DNA from: Gemmatimonadaceae bacterium
GTDB lineage: Bacteria > Gemmatimonadota > Gemmatimonadetes > Gemmatimonadales > Gemmatimonadaceae
Assembly: GCA_013697785.1 (NCBI GenBank)
Contig: JACCWE010000150.1
Span: 2,474-66,473, forward strand
Length of the DNA stretch: 64,000 nt
Direction: 5' to 3'
Each line of letters starts with the position of its first letter. Positions within the stretch are counted from its first letter, which is position 1. Under the pieces are notes generated by a model. The model was not told the origin of the DNA. It searched no databases and was given only the letters and a program-made list of their open reading frames with translations. A program made the position numbers and the translations under genes. Of the stretch, positions 8,953-17,857 are shown in pieces.

Positions 8953-10056
8953 TTACGGAATGCGCTCAACCTGGATGTACAAAACGTACTGCCCCTGAAA
9001 ATCCGATCCTGATCCGTCGATCAATGGAATCGCGATCGTGCCGTCTGGCATGCCACCATTCAGCGGTGGTGAGCTACTCGCAGTCGAGCCGCTCTCGGCG
9101 TCGATGCCCTGCACCATTTGCAGCAATTCGTTAAGCCCCGTTTGCGCGCGACTCTGCGCGTCGGCGTCCGTCGTCGGATTGCTCGCGAGCCTCTGCAGAG
9201 CGGCCTCGATGATCTCTCGCGTGATTACGACCGCGCGCCGAGGGAGCACCCCGAATCCGCCGATGTTATTCATGCCGACCGGCCGATCGAACGGGGTGAC
9301 GCCGAACATCGCGCCAATCTGGAGGAGCGTCGTCTGGAATCCAGTCGCGGCCGTAGCGGAGGCTCCCCCAGGCGCTCCGATCTGCCCTGCAGGAAGCACC
9401 ACGCCCAGCTGATGACCTCCGATCATCTCCTGCGTGCCGATATCGGTCCAGATCGTGCGCTCATTGGCGACCTCTCGCGCAAACCACTGGTCGTACGCGG
9501 CAGAGCCGCCGTCATATTCCCAGATCGTCGGCAGAATGATCACCGCATCCCGATCGTTGGTCAGCGGGCCGTCCCAGATCAGAAATGGAAACGTGTCGCG
9601 TGTAGGCGGCGCGTGCCGCACGAATGGATCGCCGGAAGATGGAAATGCGTCGCCAGCCCTGAAGCCTCCTGTTGCACTCCACGATCCGCCCTTGATTCTC
9701 CCCGGAAAATTCCAGACGTCGCCGATGATCGACGTGCGCCTCAGATCACGGTCGAGCAGCGCACCCGTGTGACGATTGTAGTGAAACATCGCGAAGGCGC
9801 CGTAGACTTCGTCGCCCTTGCCATCGCGCGAGAGAATGTCGTCCTTCGTCTCGTGCAACACGCGAAAGCCGTTGGCGACGATGCGATAGCGACCGCTCGT
9901 TACGACGGGAACTGCGGCGGGTGCCGTGGGAGTGGAGGGAGCAGGTGAGGGTGGGGGTGCGGGTGCGGGATGAGAGACGTCGTAGCGAGGTGGGCGGGGC
10001 CGATGCGACGGCCGCCGACGCGAGCGCATCGCACCCGTTGGGATTCGTGGTACCAA
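8953..10056 (-). CDS. Uncharacterised protein with YRIVANGFRV / DGKGDEVY / LPRRAVVITRE / QGQYVLYIQVE motifs
   Basis: 367-aa ORF (TTG 10056; alternative ATG 10029). Pro-rich N-terminus and no signal peptide. The conserved blocks are shared with the decayed copy at 3764-4643. It lies 20 nt downstream of the lipoprotein gene. Confidence 0.7.
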   Translation of the reverse strand: MVPRIPTGAMRSRRRPSHRPRPPRYDVSHPAPAPPPSPAPSTPTAPAAVPVVTSGRYRIVANGFRVLHETKDDILSRDGKGDEVYGAFAMFHYNRHTGALLDRDLRRTSIIGDVWNFPGRIKGGSWSATGGFRAGDAFPSSGDPFVRHAPPTRDTFPFLIWDGPLTNDRDAVIILPTIWEYDGGSAAYDQWFAREVANERTIWTDIGTQEMIGGHQLGVVLPAGQIGAPGGASATAATGFQTTLLQIGAMFGVTPFDRPVGMNNIGGFGVLPRRAVVITREIIEAALQRLASNPTTDADAQSRAQTGLNELLQMVQGIDAESGSTASSSPPLNGGMPDGTIAIPLIDGSGSDFQGQYVLYIQVERIP

Positions 10057-10075
10057 GCGCCTTTGTTACCAGAAG

Positions 10076-10525
10076 CTAGATCGATGCGCGAAACGCAAGC
10101 CCCGGCATCTGCTTCTTCGCAGGCAGTGTGAGCGCCGGATACTGCGCTGTGACCTTGATCGTCGTTCCCACCACCGCCGCCTGGCACGCGCACACCTTCC
10201 AGTTATTGGGGCCGTCGTACCTGCCGACGGCGGCATCGGCGCGCTTGCCGGTGGCGACCCAGTCGAAGTCCGACAGTCCGATGCGATTGCCCACGAGGTT
10301 GCGCGGGACATCCTTCGTCACCTCGTCGTAGAGATCGATGGAGACGTACTTACACGATCCGATCGACACGAAGTTGGCGCTTGGCTGGATCTCGGCGCCA
10401 AATGGAATCTTGTCACCCCGCACCATCTCGATGCTCGTCGGCGGCCGGGTGAGCTGAGCCCTGCTTTCGGCACACGCCGACAACAGGCACACGACGACGA
10501 ACGGCTGCAGTGCGAATCGACTCAT
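10076..10525 (-). CDS. Small lipoprotein, partner of 8953..10056
   Basis: ATG 10525 follows GGAG. Lipobox VCLLSAC. IPFGAEIQPS...GLSDFDWVATG is shared with the N-terminal part of the 3764-4643 pseudogene. Confidence 0.7.
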   Translation of the reverse strand: MSRFALQPFVVVCLLSACAESRAQLTRPPTSIEMVRGDKIPFGAEIQPSANFVSIGSCKYVSIDLYDEVTKDVPRNLVGNRIGLSDFDWVATGKRADAAVGRYDGPNNWKVCACQAAVVGTTIKVTAQYPALTLPAKKQMPGLAFRASI

Positions 10526-10645
10526 GCGATCTCCATGTCGGGCTTTTCGCGCTCGCGAAGTTGCGAGCAGTGGCGCCTCACGAAGAAACGCGCACACCGG
10601 CGTCGATTCTCACCTCGCTGCAACAGCCAGACCGCTGCAGCTCTG

Positions 10646-12559
10646 CTAGCGCCCCTCGGCCGCGATCGTCTCCAGCTCCTCCCAGCGCGCGGTTCGCTTG
10701 GCAATCTCCCCCTCGAACGCGGCGAGCCGCGCATTTGCTGCCGCGATCGCGGCGCCATCGCGCAGCAACGCGGGATCCGCCAGCGATGCATACACGGTCT
10801 CGCGCTCGCGCTCGAGTGCATCGATCACCTCCGGGAGTGACGCGAGCTCCGTTGTTTCCTTGAAGGTGATGCGCCGTTTTTTCTCGGTGCGCGAGACCGG
10901 CGCCCCCGCCGGCCTGGGGGCACTCGCCTGCACCGGCCGGGCGAGCTTCGCGGACTCCGCGGCCGCGACGCGCTGCCGCACCCAGTCCGTATAGCCGCCC
11001 ACGTACTCACCGACGCGCCCCTTCCCCTCGAGCACCAGCGTGCTCGTCACCACATGATCGAGAAACTCGCGATCGTGGCTGACGACCATCAGCGTTCCCG
11101 AGAACTCGAGGAGCAGCTCCTCGAGCAGATCGAGCGTCTCGATGTCGAGATCATTCGTCGGCTCGTCGAGCACGAGCACGTTGAACGAGCGTGTGAACAG
11201 CCGAGCGAGCAAGAGCCGATTGCGCTCGCCGCCCGACAGGGCGCGAACAGGGGTGCGCGAGCGATCCGGCGGAAAGAGAAAATCCTGCAGGTAGCCGAGC
11301 ACGTGCTTGCGATTCGCGCCGATCTCGACGAACTCCGCGCCATCGGCGATGCTCTCGAACACCGTCTTGTCCGGATCGAGCTCCTCGCGGAGCTGATCGA
11401 AGTACGCGATCTCGAGGTTGGTGCCGAGCCGTATCGTACCGCTGTCCGGCGCCAGCTCGCCGAGCAGCAGACGGAGCACCGTCGTCTTCCCCGAGCCGTT
11501 CGGCCCAACGAGTCCGACGCGATCGCCGCGCGTGATCGTCGTCGAGAAATCGACGATGATTCGTTTCTCGCCGCGGGCGAAGCTCACGTGCTTCGCCTCC
11601 GCCACGAGCCGCCCCGACCGCTCCGCCTCCTGGGCCTGCAGCCGCACGGTGCCCGTGCGCTCACGGCGCTCGCCACGCTCCACGCGAAGCGCCTCGAGCG
11701 AGCGCACGCGTCCCTCGTTTCGCGTGCGGCGCGCCTGGATCCCGGTGCGAATCCAGACCTCCTCCTTCGCGAGCTTCTTGTCGAACTCCTCCCACTCGCG
11801 CGCCTCGGCCGCGAGCGATGCTTCCTTGCGCTCGAGATAGAGATCGTAGCTCTGGCCCCAATCCACGAGGCGCCCGCGATCGAGCTCGATGATCCGCGTC
11901 GCCACGCGCCTGAGAAAGGCGCGATCGTGGGTGACGAAGAGCAGCGTGGTCCCGTGCTCGATCAGAAATTTCTCCAGCCACTCGATCGCGTCTACGTCGA
12001 GATGGTTCGTCGGCTCGTCGAGCAGCAACACGTCGGGCTCGCGCACGAGTGCGCGCGCGAGGAGGATCTGCCGCTTCGTTCCGCCGGACGCGCCCGCGAA
12101 CGGCGCCTCGGGATCGAGCCCGAGGTGCACGATCGCAGTATCGACGCGGGTGTTGATCTCCCAGCCGTTCGCCGAGTCGAGCGCGTGGTGCAGCCGGTCG
12201 AGATCGCGGAGCGCCGCCGGCGTCGCGCTCACGCCAACGCGATGGCTCGCCTGGTGATATCGCGCCAGGAGAAGTCCGACCTCGCCGAGACCCGCGGCGA
12301 CGACGTCGAAGGTCGTCCCGTCGATGTCGCCGGGCACCTCCTGTTCGAGCCGTGCGACCGTGACGCCTGTCTGGCGAACGATCTCTCCACTGTCCGGCGC
12401 GATGGAGCCGTCCAGCAGCTTCATCACGGTGCTCTTCCCCGCACCATTCCGCCCGAGCAGACACACCCGCTCTCCGCGCTCGATGGCGAAGCGCGCGTTG
12501 TCGAGCACGAGCGGCCCTCCGAACGCGATTCCGACATCCTGCATCCCGAGCAGTGCCAT
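10646..12559 (-). CDS. uup: ABC-F family ATPase (Uup-like)
   Basis: 637 aa. Two ABC cassettes (GRNGAGKST and GPNGSGKTT Walker A; LSGGTKRQ and LSGGERNR signatures) plus a C-terminal coiled-coil tail. The size matches Uup. Confidence 0.8.
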   Translation of the reverse strand: MALLGMQDVGIAFGGPLVLDNARFAIERGERVCLLGRNGAGKSTVMKLLDGSIAPDSGEIVRQTGVTVARLEQEVPGDIDGTTFDVVAAGLGEVGLLLARYHQASHRVGVSATPAALRDLDRLHHALDSANGWEINTRVDTAIVHLGLDPEAPFAGASGGTKRQILLARALVREPDVLLLDEPTNHLDVDAIEWLEKFLIEHGTTLLFVTHDRAFLRRVATRIIELDRGRLVDWGQSYDLYLERKEASLAAEAREWEEFDKKLAKEEVWIRTGIQARRTRNEGRVRSLEALRVERGERRERTGTVRLQAQEAERSGRLVAEAKHVSFARGEKRIIVDFSTTITRGDRVGLVGPNGSGKTTVLRLLLGELAPDSGTIRLGTNLEIAYFDQLREELDPDKTVFESIADGAEFVEIGANRKHVLGYLQDFLFPPDRSRTPVRALSGGERNRLLLARLFTRSFNVLVLDEPTNDLDIETLDLLEELLLEFSGTLMVVSHDREFLDHVVTSTLVLEGKGRVGEYVGGYTDWVRQRVAAAESAKLARPVQASAPRPAGAPVSRTEKKRRITFKETTELASLPEVIDALERERETVYASLADPALLRDGAAIAAANARLAAFEGEIAKRTARWEELETIAAEGR

Positions 12560-14089
12560 CTACCGGCGCTCCGTTGCAAGGCGCGCGAGCTCCGCGAGCA
12601 GCGACGCGAGATGCGCATCCATCGTGCGCGGATTCATGATGGTCACGCGCAACACGCGCCGCCCGCCAAGCACCGTCGTCGTCATCCAGCCGTGGCCATC
12701 ACGATTGTAGCGGGTGCGCAGCTCGAGATTGACGCCGTCGAGCGCATCGTCGCCGAGCGAGCGATCGCCGACCCAGCGGAAGCAGAGAATGTTCGTCTCG
12801 GGCACGTGCATCGCCTCGAAATCGGCGCGCGCACCGATCATCGCGTGCAGCGAAAGCGCCGAGGCGCAGAGTCGATCGTACAATGCGGCGATACCATCCA
12901 TTCCGTAGCGCTGAATCGCGACCCACACCTTAATCGCATCCGCCCGGCGCGAGCATTGAAAGCTCCGCACTCCCTGATCCCATGCGCGCTCGCCTTCGGC
13001 CCCGTGAAAGAGGTACGGCGCGTGCTGCGAGAACGCCTGCGCGAGATCGCTCTCGTCGCGAACGAGGAGCATCCCCGCCGCGAGTGGTACGAGCATCATC
13101 TTGTGCGCATCCCACGCGACGGAGCGCGCGTGGCGGAGCCCACCCACGCGATGCCGGTGCGCCGGCGAGAGAATCGCCGAGGCGCCGTGCGCGCCATCCA
13201 CGTGCAGCCAGATGCCTCGCTCCTCGCAGAGCGGTCCGATTGCCGAGAGATCGTCGAACGATCCGGTTGCCGTTGTACCCGCGCTGGCGACCACCGCCAT
13301 CACTTGCGTTCCACTCGCTGCGAGCGAATCGAGCATCTCTCTTAGTACTAAGATATCCATCCTCCACTCGCGCGACGGCACCGCGATCGCGCGGCTCACC
13401 CCGAGCCCGAGCTCCGCCACCGCGCGCGTCACCGAGTAGTGCGAGTGCTCGCCGCACAGCACCACCGGCGGATTCGCGCCAACGCCGCTCTGCCACGCGT
13501 CGGGCATCGCCCGTGCGCGCGCCGCGAGGAGTGCCGTGAACGTCGCCTCGGTTCCGCCCGATGTGAACGTTCCGCCGGACTCCGGTCCCCAGCCGATCAT
13601 CGCCGTGAGCTTTCGCACGATCTGCGTTTCGATCACCGTCGCGGTCGGCGACATCTCCCAGATCGCTGTCGACTGATTGAGCGCCCCGATCAGCGCCTCC
13701 GACCACACGGCCGCAGGCAGCGGCGCCGCGACTTGATGCCCGAGCGACATCGGCCTCATCAGCTGATTTGCGTCGGCGATGACGTCAGTGGCGAGCCGCG
13801 CGACGACGTCCGCGAGCGGTCGCCCTCCCGCCGGCAGCGGCTCGTCGAAGCGTGCGAACAGCTCGCTCGCGCTCCGGGGCGTCGAGACATGTCCAGCTTC
13901 GTAGCGTGTCGCCGCGAAATAGCCAGCGACGAGATCGACGAAGAGCTGACCGGCCTCCGCCCGAGTGTCCTCCTCGAGCGCGAGAAGCGACACAGCAGCG
14001 GGATCGTGTTGAGGCGTCACGCGAATGCTCGTACGTGGGGGAAACGTTGGATCGGCGAAAGCGAAATCTACAGCCACGGCCGCGCCCAC
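12560..14089 (-). CDS. PLP-dependent (group II) decarboxylase family protein
   Basis: Fold-type I look with the lysine motif SVAWDAHKMM. The stop directly abuts the uup start (12559/12560). The start is uncertain (GTG 14089 or 14077). The 569-aa ORF extension would overlap the divergent lipoprotein gene. Confidence 0.75.
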   Translation of the reverse strand: MGAAVAVDFAFADPTFPPRTSIRVTPQHDPAAVSLLALEEDTRAEAGQLFVDLVAGYFAATRYEAGHVSTPRSASELFARFDEPLPAGGRPLADVVARLATDVIADANQLMRPMSLGHQVAAPLPAAVWSEALIGALNQSTAIWEMSPTATVIETQIVRKLTAMIGWGPESGGTFTSGGTEATFTALLAARARAMPDAWQSGVGANPPVVLCGEHSHYSVTRAVAELGLGVSRAIAVPSREWRMDILVLREMLDSLAASGTQVMAVVASAGTTATGSFDDLSAIGPLCEERGIWLHVDGAHGASAILSPAHRHRVGGLRHARSVAWDAHKMMLVPLAAGMLLVRDESDLAQAFSQHAPYLFHGAEGERAWDQGVRSFQCSRRADAIKVWVAIQRYGMDGIAALYDRLCASALSLHAMIGARADFEAMHVPETNILCFRWVGDRSLGDDALDGVNLELRTRYNRDGHGWMTTTVLGGRRVLRVTIMNPRTMDAHLASLLAELARLATERR

Positions 14090-14160
14090 CTGGCTCCGGC
14101 TCTCCCGTCGCCCCACTCTTGCATTGCACCCGTAACCATGCCCACACTGCGCGTGACTCC

Positions 14161-14523
14161 ATGAGACGGTTTCTCCGCCCCGCCCCCCTACTGCTCGCCA
14201 TGCTCGCGTTCGTGCTCGGATGCGCGAGCGCGGGCGGCGCCTCGAAGCGCGTCGACACCGAGGCCGCAACCACGATCGATATTCAGAATGGCGACTTCAG
14301 CGACATGACGGTCTACGTGCTCGTAAACGGTCAGCGCACCCGCCTCGGCATCGCGCGGGGAAACAAGACGACGGTGCTCACGATTCCGCGCTACCTGATC
14401 GCCGGGACGACGTATCTGCGCTTCCTCGCCGACCCGATCGGCGGTAATCGCTCGCCGGTCTCCGAAGCGATCGACGTCAGCACGGGAGATCAGCTCGTCA
14501 TGATCATCAATCCGGGCGGGTGA
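14161..14523 (+). CDS. Small lipoprotein, hypothetical
   Basis: ATG 14161 gives [21 protein letters not shown] (lipobox). 120 aa. It ends 8 nt before the UvrA-like gene. Confidence 0.6.
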   Translation: MRRFLRPAPLLLAMLAFVLGCASAGGASKRVDTEAATTIDIQNGDFSDMTVYVLVNGQRTRLGIARGNKTTVLTIPRYLIAGTTYLRFLADPIGGNRSPVSEAIDVSTGDQLVMIINPGG

Positions 14524-14530
14524 CCGGCGC

Positions 14531-17077
14531 ATGCCGAAATCGAATCCGTACAACCGCTCCGCTCCGGTAAAGGACTCCACGGGATTCGTGCACGTGCGCG
14601 GCGCGCGCGAGCACAATCTCAAGAACATCAACGTCGATGTTCCACGCGACTCGCTCGTCGTATTCACCGGTGTGTCCGGCTCCGGAAAATCCTCGCTTGC
14701 CTTCGGGACGCTCTACGCCGAGGCGCAACGGCGCTATCTCGAGTCGGTCTCGCCGTATGCACGCCGACTGTTCCACCAGATGGCGGTTCCGGAAGTCGAC
14801 GAGGTGAACGGACTTCCGCCGGCCGTTGCGCTCCAGCAGCAGCGCGGCTCGCCGACCACGCGCTCCTCCGTCGGCAGCGTGACGACGCTTTCGAATCTGC
14901 TGCGCATGCTCTATTCGCGCGCGGGCACGTACCCTCCGAAGCAGGAGCATCTCGAGGCCGAGGCTTTCTCGGCGAACACCCCCGCCGGCGCGTGCCCGCG
15001 CTGCCACGGGCTCGGACGCGTGTACGAGGTGACCGAACGGTCGATGGTCCGCGATGACTCGCTCACCATTCGCGAGCGCGCGGTCGCCGCATGGCCGACC
15101 GCGTGGCAGGGACAGAATCTGCGCGACATTCTCGTCACCATGGGCTACGACGTCGACAAGCCGTGGCGCGAGCTGCCGAAGAAGGAGCGCGACTGGATCC
15201 TCTTCACCGACGAGCAGCCGCAGGTGCCGGTGTATGCCGGGTACACGCCGGCAGAGGTGCGTCGCGCGCTCAAGAGGAAGGAGGAGCCGAGCTACATGGG
15301 CACCTTCACCGGAGCACGGCGCTATGTGCTGCAGACGTTCGCGAACTCGGACAGCGCGATGATGAAGCGTCGCGTGTCGCAATACATGGAGAGCACCGGG
15401 TGCCCGCTCTGCCATGGCAAGAGGCTGCGGCTCGAATCGCTCTCCGTGAAGTTCGCGGGCTACGACATCGCAGACATCTCGGCGCTTCCGATCAAGAAGC
15501 TCGACGAGATCATGTCCCCGTACGCCGACGGCACCGCACACGGTCGCGCGAGGGATGAGGCGCGTCATCCCGAAAAGGCCGTTGTCACCCTACGGATCGC
15601 GCAGGATCTCTGCGCGCGACTCTCCGTGCTCCTCGATCTCGGACTCGGCTACCTCGCGCTCGGCCGCAGCACACCGACGCTCTCGCCGGGCGAGCTACAG
15701 CGGCTGCGCCTCGCGACCCAGGTGCGCTCGAATTTGTTCGGCGTCGTCTACGTGCTCGATGAGCCGTCGGCCGGCCTGCACCCCGCGGACACCGAGGCGC
15801 TCCTCGTCGCACTCGATGGGCTCAAGGCGTCGGGGAACTCGCTCTTCGTCGTCGAGCACGATCTCGATGTCATCCGCCGCGCCGACTGGATCGTCGACGT
15901 CGGGCCCGCGGCAGGCGAGAAGGGCGGCTACCTGTTGTACAGCGGGCCGCCGGCCGGTCTCGAGAATGTCGAGGCATCGCAAACGCGACGGCATCTCTTC
16001 GGCAACTATGTCCTGCCGGCCCGCTCGGTGCGCGAGCCGAAGGGATGGCTCGAGCTCGAAGGAATCACGCGCAATAATCTCGAGAAGCTCAATGCGCGGC
16101 TACCCATCGGCGTCTTCACCACCGTCACCGGCGTGTCTGGATCGGGCAAATCGAGCCTCGTGAGCCAGGCACTTGTCGAGCTCGTCGCCGACGCGCTCGG
16201 GCAGGAGGTTCCGCTCGAGGCCGAAGAGGGCGAGGAGCTCGAGCGCACGGCGCCGACGCCGCTCGACGGATGCATCACCTCAGGGATGGAGCACATCAAG
16301 CGGCTCGTGCGCGTGGACCAGAAGCCGATCGGAAGAACGCCGCGCTCGAATCTCGCGACGTACACGGGGCTCTTCGATCACGTACGAAAGCTCTTCGCGG
16401 CGACGAAAGCCGCGAAGGCACGCCACTACGATGCCGGCCGCTTCTCCTTCAACGTGGCGAAGGGCCGCTGCGAGACGTGCGACGGTGAAGGGTTCGTGAT
16501 GGTCGAGCTGCTCTTTCTGCCGAGCGTGTACGCGCCCTGCCCCACCTGTCACGGCGCGCGCTACAACGCGAAGACGCTCGAGATTCAATATCGCGAGAAG
16601 AACATCGCCGAGGTGCTCGGCATGACGGTCGACGACGCGTTCGCCTTCTTCGAGGGCGAGAGCGCGCTCGAGCGTTCGCTCGGTGTCGTGCGCGAGGTCG
16701 GTCTCGGCTATCTGAGACTCGGGCAGCCGGCCACGGAGCTCTCGGGTGGGGAGGCGCAGCGCATCAAGCTCGCGACGGAGCTGCAGCGCCAGCAGCGCGG
16801 CGCCACGCTGTACGTGCTCGATGAGCCGACGACCGGTCTGCATCCGTCGGACGTCGAGAAGCTGATGACACAGCTCGACGGGCTCGTCGAAGCCGGGAAC
16901 ACCGTGATCGTCGTCGAGCACGACATGCGCGTCGTTGCGGGAAGCGACTGGGTGATCGACATCGGACCGGGCGCGGGCGACGAGGGCGGGCGCATCGTCG
17001 CGGAGGGCACGCCGGAGGAGGTGGCGCGCGCGAAGGACAGCCGCACCGCGCCATTTCTCGCGCGCTTCCTGGGCTGA
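14531..17077 (+). CDS. UvrA class II paralog (excinuclease ABC subunit A-like, lacks the UvrB-binding domain)
   Basis: 848 aa. [12 protein letters not shown] occurs twice, with Zn-module cysteines [23 protein letters not shown] and CPTCHG. The sequence goes straight from the first signature region to [15 protein letters not shown], without the roughly 140-aa UvrB-binding insert of canonical UvrA. Confidence 0.8.
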   Translation: MPKSNPYNRSAPVKDSTGFVHVRGAREHNLKNINVDVPRDSLVVFTGVSGSGKSSLAFGTLYAEAQRRYLESVSPYARRLFHQMAVPEVDEVNGLPPAVALQQQRGSPTTRSSVGSVTTLSNLLRMLYSRAGTYPPKQEHLEAEAFSANTPAGACPRCHGLGRVYEVTERSMVRDDSLTIRERAVAAWPTAWQGQNLRDILVTMGYDVDKPWRELPKKERDWILFTDEQPQVPVYAGYTPAEVRRALKRKEEPSYMGTFTGARRYVLQTFANSDSAMMKRRVSQYMESTGCPLCHGKRLRLESLSVKFAGYDIADISALPIKKLDEIMSPYADGTAHGRARDEARHPEKAVVTLRIAQDLCARLSVLLDLGLGYLALGRSTPTLSPGELQRLRLATQVRSNLFGVVYVLDEPSAGLHPADTEALLVALDGLKASGNSLFVVEHDLDVIRRADWIVDVGPAAGEKGGYLLYSGPPAGLENVEASQTRRHLFGNYVLPARSVREPKGWLELEGITRNNLEKLNARLPIGVFTTVTGVSGSGKSSLVSQALVELVADALGQEVPLEAEEGEELERTAPTPLDGCITSGMEHIKRLVRVDQKPIGRTPRSNLATYTGLFDHVRKLFAATKAAKARHYDAGRFSFNVAKGRCETCDGEGFVMVELLFLPSVYAPCPTCHGARYNAKTLEIQYREKNIAEVLGMTVDDAFAFFEGESALERSLGVVREVGLGYLRLGQPATELSGGEAQRIKLATELQRQQRGATLYVLDEPTTGLHPSDVEKLMTQLDGLVEAGNTVIVVEHDMRVVAGSDWVIDIGPGAGDEGGRIVAEGTPEEVARAKDSRTAPFLARFLG

Positions 17078-17085
17078 GCGCATAG

Positions 17086-17857
17086 ATGGCGAGGATATTC
17101 ATCACCGGCTCGGCCGATGGCCTCGGGCAGATGGCGGCACGGCTCCTCGTCGAACAGGGGCATCATGTAGTGCTTCACGCGAGGCACGATGCGCGCGCGA
17201 GGCAAGCGCTCGCCGCGGTTCCTGGCGCGGAGGGAGCTGTCGCGGGCGATCTCTCGAGCATCGCCGAGACGAAGGCGGTCGCAGCGCAGGTGAATGCGCT
17301 CGGGGCCTTCGATGCTGTGATCACAACGCGGGCATTGGTTATCAGGGGCGCATGCGAATCGAGACCGTCGATGGGCTTCCGAGCTACCTCGCGGTCAATA
17401 CACTCGCTCCGTACATTCTGACTGCGCTCATCGAGTAGCCAAAGCGGCTGGTGTATCTGAGCTCGGGGATGCATCGCGGCGGAGACGCATAGCCGCGCGA
17501 CCTCGAGTGGAAATCGCGCGGTTGGGACGGCTCGCAGGCGTATTCGGATTCGAAGCTGCACGACGTGCTGATCGCCTTCGCCGTCGCGCGCGATGGCCAA
17601 CAGTGCTGTCGAATGCGATCGAGCCGGGGTGGGTTGCAACCAAAATGGGCGGACCGGGCGCGCCAGATGATCTTGCCGAGGGCGTGGTGACGCAGGCGTG
17701 GCTCGCAGTGAGCGATGACGAGTCGGCGCGCGTGAGCGGAGAGTACTTCTTTCACAAGCGTGTTCGCGCGGCGCTTCCCGCCGCGCGCGACATCGGCGTG
17801 CAGGACGCGCTCACTGCCGCTTGCGAGAAACTCTCCGGGGTGCAACTTCCCGCATGA
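17086..17857 (+). pseudogene. SDR family oxidoreductase, disrupted
   Basis: N-terminus MARIFITGSADGLGQ...FDAVI. A 1-nt loss near 17333 (atc-aca-acg where atc-cac-aac is expected) shifts the frame. The shifted frame reads NAGIGYQGRMRIETVDGLPSYLAVNTLAPYILTALIE, TAG, PKRLVYLSSGMHRGGDA, TAG, PRDLEW...SDSKLHDVLIAFAVAR. A second 1-nt shift near 17590 leads into WPTVLSNAIEPGWVATKMGGPGAPDDL... up to TGA 17857. Confidence 0.75.

Noticed and set aside
12557-12562. Zero-nt junction between the PLP decarboxylase stop (TAG 12560-12562) and the uup start (ATG 12557-12559), considered as a hint of a functional decarboxylase/ABC-F system.
   Set aside because: Tight packing is common throughout this window, and I know of no functional rationale for the pair. 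It is recorded only as operon structure.
3764-17490. Possible TAG reassignment or readthrough, because in-frame TAG codons appear in two otherwise homologous reading frames (3764-3766, 17443-17445, 17488-17490).
   Set aside because: TAG serves as the ordinary stop of intact genes here (for example 2313-2315, 12560-12562, 52716-18). The TAG-containing genes also carry frameshifts and deletions, so pseudogenisation is the simpler explanation.
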